The position numbers and the translations under genes were made by a program. This document shows positions 49,606-54,864 of a stretch of DNA of 54,864 nucleotides, piece after piece (within the stretch, counting starts at the first letter, position 1; each line of letters begins with the position of its first letter). The notes beneath the pieces were generated by a model, which worked only from the letters and a program-made list of their open reading frames with translations, was not told the origin of the DNA and did not search any database. This DNA is from Chiloscyllium plagiosum (lineage: Eukaryota): contig NC_057720.1 in the NCBI RefSeq assembly GCF_004010195.1, forward strand, positions 20,169,217 to 20,224,080. The letters are read 5' to 3'.

Positions 49606-50249
49606 TGTGACAATACTATGGCTTTAAGAGGGATATTTTGTTTTTTCTTTGAAGAGAGGCTTTAAGACCGAGATGCTGTGCTGCCTAATTGAATCCAATA
49701 AAGTAAACAGCTTGTGAGGCCTTTTGTTTTTTAAAGTTTGAACAATAGAAGCAGCCTGAATGGGTGGAGTCCAGCTCCCGCAGAACCAAGATTTTTAGTT
49801 TTAGTTTTCCAGTAGCAGTTGCTAGGGTCTTGGATCTGGGTTTGGAAGCTGCAGTATATCCCTCCCTGCTACCCTCTCAGAGTTTTCTCTTGATGTTTTT
49901 CATCCTAGACTGGAGAATTGCTGGTGAGGCAATCTATTTTACTGAATTTGCCTTTGCCAAGGGTGTGCTTATGGGATGTTCTTATATTGGAATAGTTACT
50001 GTTTAGTTGTTGAATAATCTATTAACTTGTTAAGTTTTCCCATGGAATTAATTATTCCAATTTCTTCTTTCTTTTGTTGTATTTTAACTATAGTGTATGA
50101 ATAAAATGTGTTTTGTTTCAAATCTGCAAGTTTAACCAATTGATTTACATCCAGAATGCAATAACTGGCGCTTATTTTTGAAATCAGAAGAAGTTAGGCT
50201 CTAGGCTATCTTCTTATTATATTTTGAGGGTTTGGTGTGCTCCGTAACA
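49606..50249 (+). mobile_element. Solo LTR (probably Gypsy-type)
   Basis: TGTGAC...GTAACA termini, 4-bp TSD CTAT (49602-49605, 50250-50253), internal AATAAA. Confidence 0.75.
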
Positions 50250-50253
50250 CTAT

Positions 50254-50583
50254 GGGGCAGCATAGTGGCTCAGTTGTTAGCACTGTAGCCTCGCAGCACT
50301 AGGGACCTGGGTTCAATTCCAGCCTTGGACGACTGTCTGTGTGGGGTTTGCACGTTCTCCTCGTGTCTATATGGATCTCCTCTGGATGCTCTCGTCTTCT
50401 CCCACAGTACAAAGCTGTGCAGGTCAGGTGAATTGGCCATGGGAAATTACCCATAGTGTTAGGTACATTAGTCAGGGGTAAGTATAGGGTAGGGGAATAG
50501 GTGTGGGTGGGTTAGTCTTCAGAGGGTCAGTGTGGACTTGTTGGGCCGAAGGGCATGTTTCCATACTGTAGGGAATCTAATCT
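50254..50583 (+). mobile_element. HE1-type V-SINE, full length
   Basis: A and B boxes, V-domain, tail ending aatctaatcta. Confidence 0.88.
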
Positions 50584-52154
50584 ACCTCAAGGACAATTAG
50601 GGAAGGGCTATATCCTGAAGATGAATGAAAATAAGCTAGCAGACCACATTATTTTCATATTCATGATGAATGGCAATTTATCGTTTATATTTTTCCTGAG
50701 CCTGAAAAGACAATGACAATGATTCTCAGACCAAAGTATGTTTTTATAAGCACAAATCTCTTTTTTCTTGAGTCTAATATTCTCATTATACTTTGAAGTT
50801 CCACAATCTACAAGTTCCAAAACATGTGCTGGCTCTTTTTTGTTTCGCTGTCAACAAGACGGTAAAATCTCATTTCAGTTGGGAATGATTTCTTCCAAAT
50901 TTATTATGTATATTTTAGTTAGAGGAGCAGTTGTTTTGTTTAAACATGAAATAACATCCGTGCCACGCTGTGCTTGGCCCAGACTTGCTCTTGATCATTC
51001 ACTAAGAGGCCCAGTTCACAACACGATCACATTCTTTAAGTTATAGCCCTTCAGGATACCTTTCAAGCTGTGTTATTTTGGAGTCGTCGACTTTTGTGTG
51101 GCTCATTCGCCCAAATGAATTAATTTCTGTCAGCAGAAAGTCAGACAGTGAAAGAGCCTTGAAAAGTGAGTCAGTGAGCTCAAAATCTACCTGCAGTCTG
51201 GATCTGTTAAGCTTTCAATAATCAATGATATTTTCCTATCAGGTCTCTCCGCAACTGCCCAGTTCCATAGGATTGTACCGCTAACATGTCTATATCTGGA
51301 ACCACCTCCATCTCCACCATCCTCCGCATTCCTCCACATCTGGTTTCATCCCATCCCCCACTTCCTTCACTCATCATCGCAGTCCATGTTCTTTCACAGA
51401 GGAAGAGATTGTATAAGGCAGAGCCTCAGGAATGCAAGGGGGTGCAGCTAATTCTCTGCTATTCATAACTAAACAGATGTCTTATAATTGGAATGACTGA
51501 GGAATACGAAACAGTCTCCACCCCTCAACCTCCAACCATATCGTTTGATGAAATTTGAAAGACCGTCTCAAGAGTTTAAAAATTCACCAGTTGCTACCCC
51601 TTATATATGAGTACTAATGGGCTATTTAACATTGGTGGGCATCAGTCAATACACGTACCACCCTCTGCATGAAAAAGTTGTCCCCATTGACATCCACTAA
51701 ACATTTTTCAGGAGAAGGAACTGTGTAATAGACAGAAATGTGAAAATGTACTATGGTTTCCATCATTGTCCCAACACAAAGCCTGAAGGCTCAGAAGGGC
51801 TAACACAATGGGTTTAGCATTATATAAATGTAAAAATGAATAATGGAAAATATTTTGTATCAATGAATGACATGGAATTACATCTTTAAAAAGCAGGAAT
51901 AGGGTTTTCATTAATACATCAACTCTACAGCCTCAGCACACATCTCTAAATACATTAAAACCAATGAGGAGCATTCTATAATTCAATCACTTATTATGTA
52001 GAAAAATAAAATTGCACCCTCAGTAAGTTCCCACAAACAGAATTGAGTTAAATAATCAGTCAATGTTTTTATGGTGACTGTTGTGAAGTCGAAAGAGTTT
52101 ATGTTCACTTTAAGACAGAAAATGTTTTCTGAATTTAAAATAAAATTAACATAC

Positions 52155-53160
52155 ACTTGATTGAGTTTTTTGAAGAAGTAACAAAGAGGATTGATGAGGG
52201 CAGAGCAGTAGATGTGATCTATACGGACGTCAGTAAGGCGTTCGACAAGGTTCCTCATGGGAGACTGATTAGCAAGGTTAGATCTCATGGAATACAGGGA
52301 GAACTAGCCATTTGGATACAGAACTGGCTCAACGGTAGAAGACAGAGGGTGGTGGTGGAGGTTGTTTTTCAGACTGGAGGCCTGTGACCAGTGGAGTGCC
52401 ACAAGGATCGGTGCTGGGCCCTCTACGTTTTGTCATTTACATAAATGATTTGGATNNNNNNNNNNNNNNNNNNNNNNNNNNNNNNNNNNNNNNNNNNNNN
52501 NNNNNNNNNNNNNNNNNNNNNNNNNNNNNNNNNNNNNNNNNNNNNNNNNNNNNNNNNNNNNNNNNNNNNNTACAAGGGTTGGGAGGTCATGTTGTGGCTG
52601 TACAGGACATTGGATAGGCCACTGTTGGAATATTGTGTGCAATTCTGGTCTTCTTCCTATCGGAAAGATGTTGTGAAACTTGAAAGGGTTCAGAAAAGAT
52701 TTACAAGGATATTGCCAGGGTTGGAGGATCTGAGCTACAGGGAGAGGCTGAACAGGCTGGGGCTGTTTTCCCTGGAGCGTCGGAGGCTGAGGGGTGATCT
52801 TATAGAGGTTTACAAAATTATGAGGGGCATGATTAGGATAAATAGGCAAAGTCTTTTTCCTGGGGTCAGGGAGTCCAGAACTAGAGGGAATAGGTTTAGG
52901 GTGAGAGGGGAAAGATATAAAAGAGACCTAAGGGGCAACGTTTTCATGCAGAGGGTGGTACGAGTATGGAATGAGCTGCCAGAGGATGTGGTGGAGGCTG
53001 GTATAATTGCAACATTTAAGAGGCATTTGGATGGGTATATGAATAGGAAGGGTTTGAAGGGATATGGGCCGGGTGCTGGCAGGAGGGACTAGATTGGGTT
53101 GGGATATCTGGTCGGCATGGATGGGTTGGACCAAAGGGTCTCTATGACTCTATGACTCTA
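52155..53160 (+). mobile_element. HER1/CR1 LINE RT and 3' end
   Basis: [34 protein letters not shown] and RRRLRGDLIEVYK peptides; tail ending (CTATGACT)n. Confidence 0.92.
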
Positions 53161-53212
53161 CAGCCACAGCTGCCAGAACAGCTTAGAGATGGGCTGTTCC
53201 AAAATAGATACA

Positions 53213-53885
53213 TGTTACAATTGGCTGCTAAATGGATACCTGAGTTTGTTGCTGTTTTGACAACATTTCAAATTTAACCAATTAATTCCAATTATACCCA
53301 AGATACTAAAACCCCATTGAGTTTGAATTTATTGTATTGGCAACATCGGACCAATGAGAGGGAATGATGTTGGGGATATAAAAACATGGGCCTTTTGAAA
53401 ATTGGTCAGAGCAATTACCACTGATCAGCACAGCAACTGCCGGAGAGCTAACTACCCATCTGACACCTTCCTCTCAAAGAAATAAGAAGGCACTCTCTAT
53501 CAAAAAGTAGCTTTTCCTGTAAAAAAAGTACTCACAGTAAAAAGAAAAAAGACCCAGGGAGATCAGGAGACAGAAGATTGAAGACAGCGGAGCAGACAGA
53601 GACTGCGTGGACTTGATATAAATTAATGAACGGTTTAATAGGTGTGTTATGGAACAGCATATTAATAGAATTCTGCACAGTTTGGGGAAAGAGTATTCGG
53701 TTTGTTTCTAGTTTTGTTTAGTGTTCAGGATTAGAGTTAGGAAATGAATTGTCATTTCTCTTTAAATAGTAGACATTAGGATTTTCTTTCACTCCCTCAC
53801 ACTTTTAACAGATTACGAGGCAAGGTAAGCTCTTCTGGGTGTTTGGTTTTAATTAACAGAAGGGTTCAACGTCTGGGTCATAACA
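53213..53885 (+). mobile_element. Probable solo LTR
   Basis: TGTTA...TAACA termini; CCAAT followed by TATAAAA near 53351-53383; no TSD recognised. Confidence 0.45.
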
Positions 53886-54486
53886 GTGACACTCACATTT
53901 AAATGTAAGGAATGTTGGGCACATTCTATTCATAGATCCTTCCTAGAAGACATTCCTTTGTTTCAGGCCTGGTGATGTTTAAAGCAGTAAAGTTCAAAGA
54001 TCTACTCCGAGACTGTAAAAGCAGCTGTCAACATCCGACTGATCACAATGCAATGATGACTCTTGCCGACAGAGCATTAAAACAACTGCTAAACTATAAT
54101 TGCCTCTGAACTGTTACAGGTAACAAATAGTCTTTTTAATGAGGAATATACAAAAAGAGACATAAACATAGATTAAAGGTAAAGTAAAAGAGTGACTACA
54201 TGGAAATAAATAAAAGGGTTCGTATGAGGAATATCTGGCATGAGTGGACTGGTAAGTGTGCACTGAAGCAGATTTTGGTAAAATATGTCTCAGCAGATAT
54301 TTATGAAGTAAATATTTTGCCTATTCGACCTATGATCTAGTGAATGAAGTTCAGTTCCCATGCAGGTGTCGAGTTCAAAGATCGCGCTATTTCAATACTT
54401 GAAGGTCCCATCAATCAGACATGTTAAGTATCATTTAACAGGGTCTAGATTAATTCTGCAATTAGTTATCATCTGACGACGACTAT

Positions 54487-54733
54487 GATTAGATTAGATT
54501 TTTTTAGATTAGATTAGATTAGATTAGATTACTTACAGTGTGGAAACAGGCCCTTCGGCCCAACAAGTCCACACTGACACGCCGAAGCGTAACCCACCCA
54601 TTCCCCTACATTTGCCCCTTTATCTAACACTACGGGCAATTTAGCATGACCAATTCACCTGACCTGCACATCTTTGGACTGTGGGAGGAAACCAGAGCAC
54701 CCGGAGGAAATCCACCTAGACACGGGGAGAATG
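54487..54733 (-). mobile_element. HE1-type SINE (truncated) with (TAATC)n tail
   Basis: (GATTA)n array followed by the reverse complement of the tail and V-domain. Confidence 0.82.
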
Positions 54734-54864
54734 CACGAAGTATTAGAAATAAGATGGATGAGCTTGAGGCTCTTTTGGAAATTGGCAGATACGATATTGT
54801 GGGGATAACTGAGACGTGGCTTCAAGTGGACAGGGCCTGGGAAATGAATATTCAAGGATACACG
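54734..54864 (+). mobile_element. CR1 ORF2 endonuclease start (runs off the window)
   Basis: RSIRNKMDELEALLEIGRYDIVGITETWLQ peptide. Confidence 0.8.

Noticed and set aside
33000..54864. F3 (tissue factor) exons expected from human synteny
   Set aside because: No FnIII or transmembrane exon recognised on either strand; the gene may lie beyond the window or be too divergent to see by eye.

Overview
Eukaryotic, repeat-rich vertebrate DNA from a gapped assembly. It is very probably an elasmobranch (shark), judging from HE1-type V-SINEs, HER1/CR1 LINEs and Penelope elements. Two host genes lie on the + strand. The first is the last coding exon of ABCD3/PMP70 (13373-13450). The second, about 2.2 kb downstream, is a complete six-coding-exon, 324-aa tartrate-resistant (purple) acid phosphatase gene (ACP5-like; 15617-32751) that splices in frame and keeps all seven metal ligands. 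Its position next to ABCD3 suggests a whole-genome-duplication paralogue of ACP5 that is absent from the human locus. Its autoinhibitory loop lacks the Asp146 equivalent and is 2 residues shorter. The rest is mostly decayed retroelements, a Tigger/pogo-like MITE, solo LTRs and minisatellites. Many short Penelope-derived insertions carry minimal hammerhead-ribozyme motifs, several as TSD-flanked fold-back hairpins. Comparisons to human and other proteins and loci are from recall, not from a search. Repeat boundaries are approximate unless a TSD or TIR is given.
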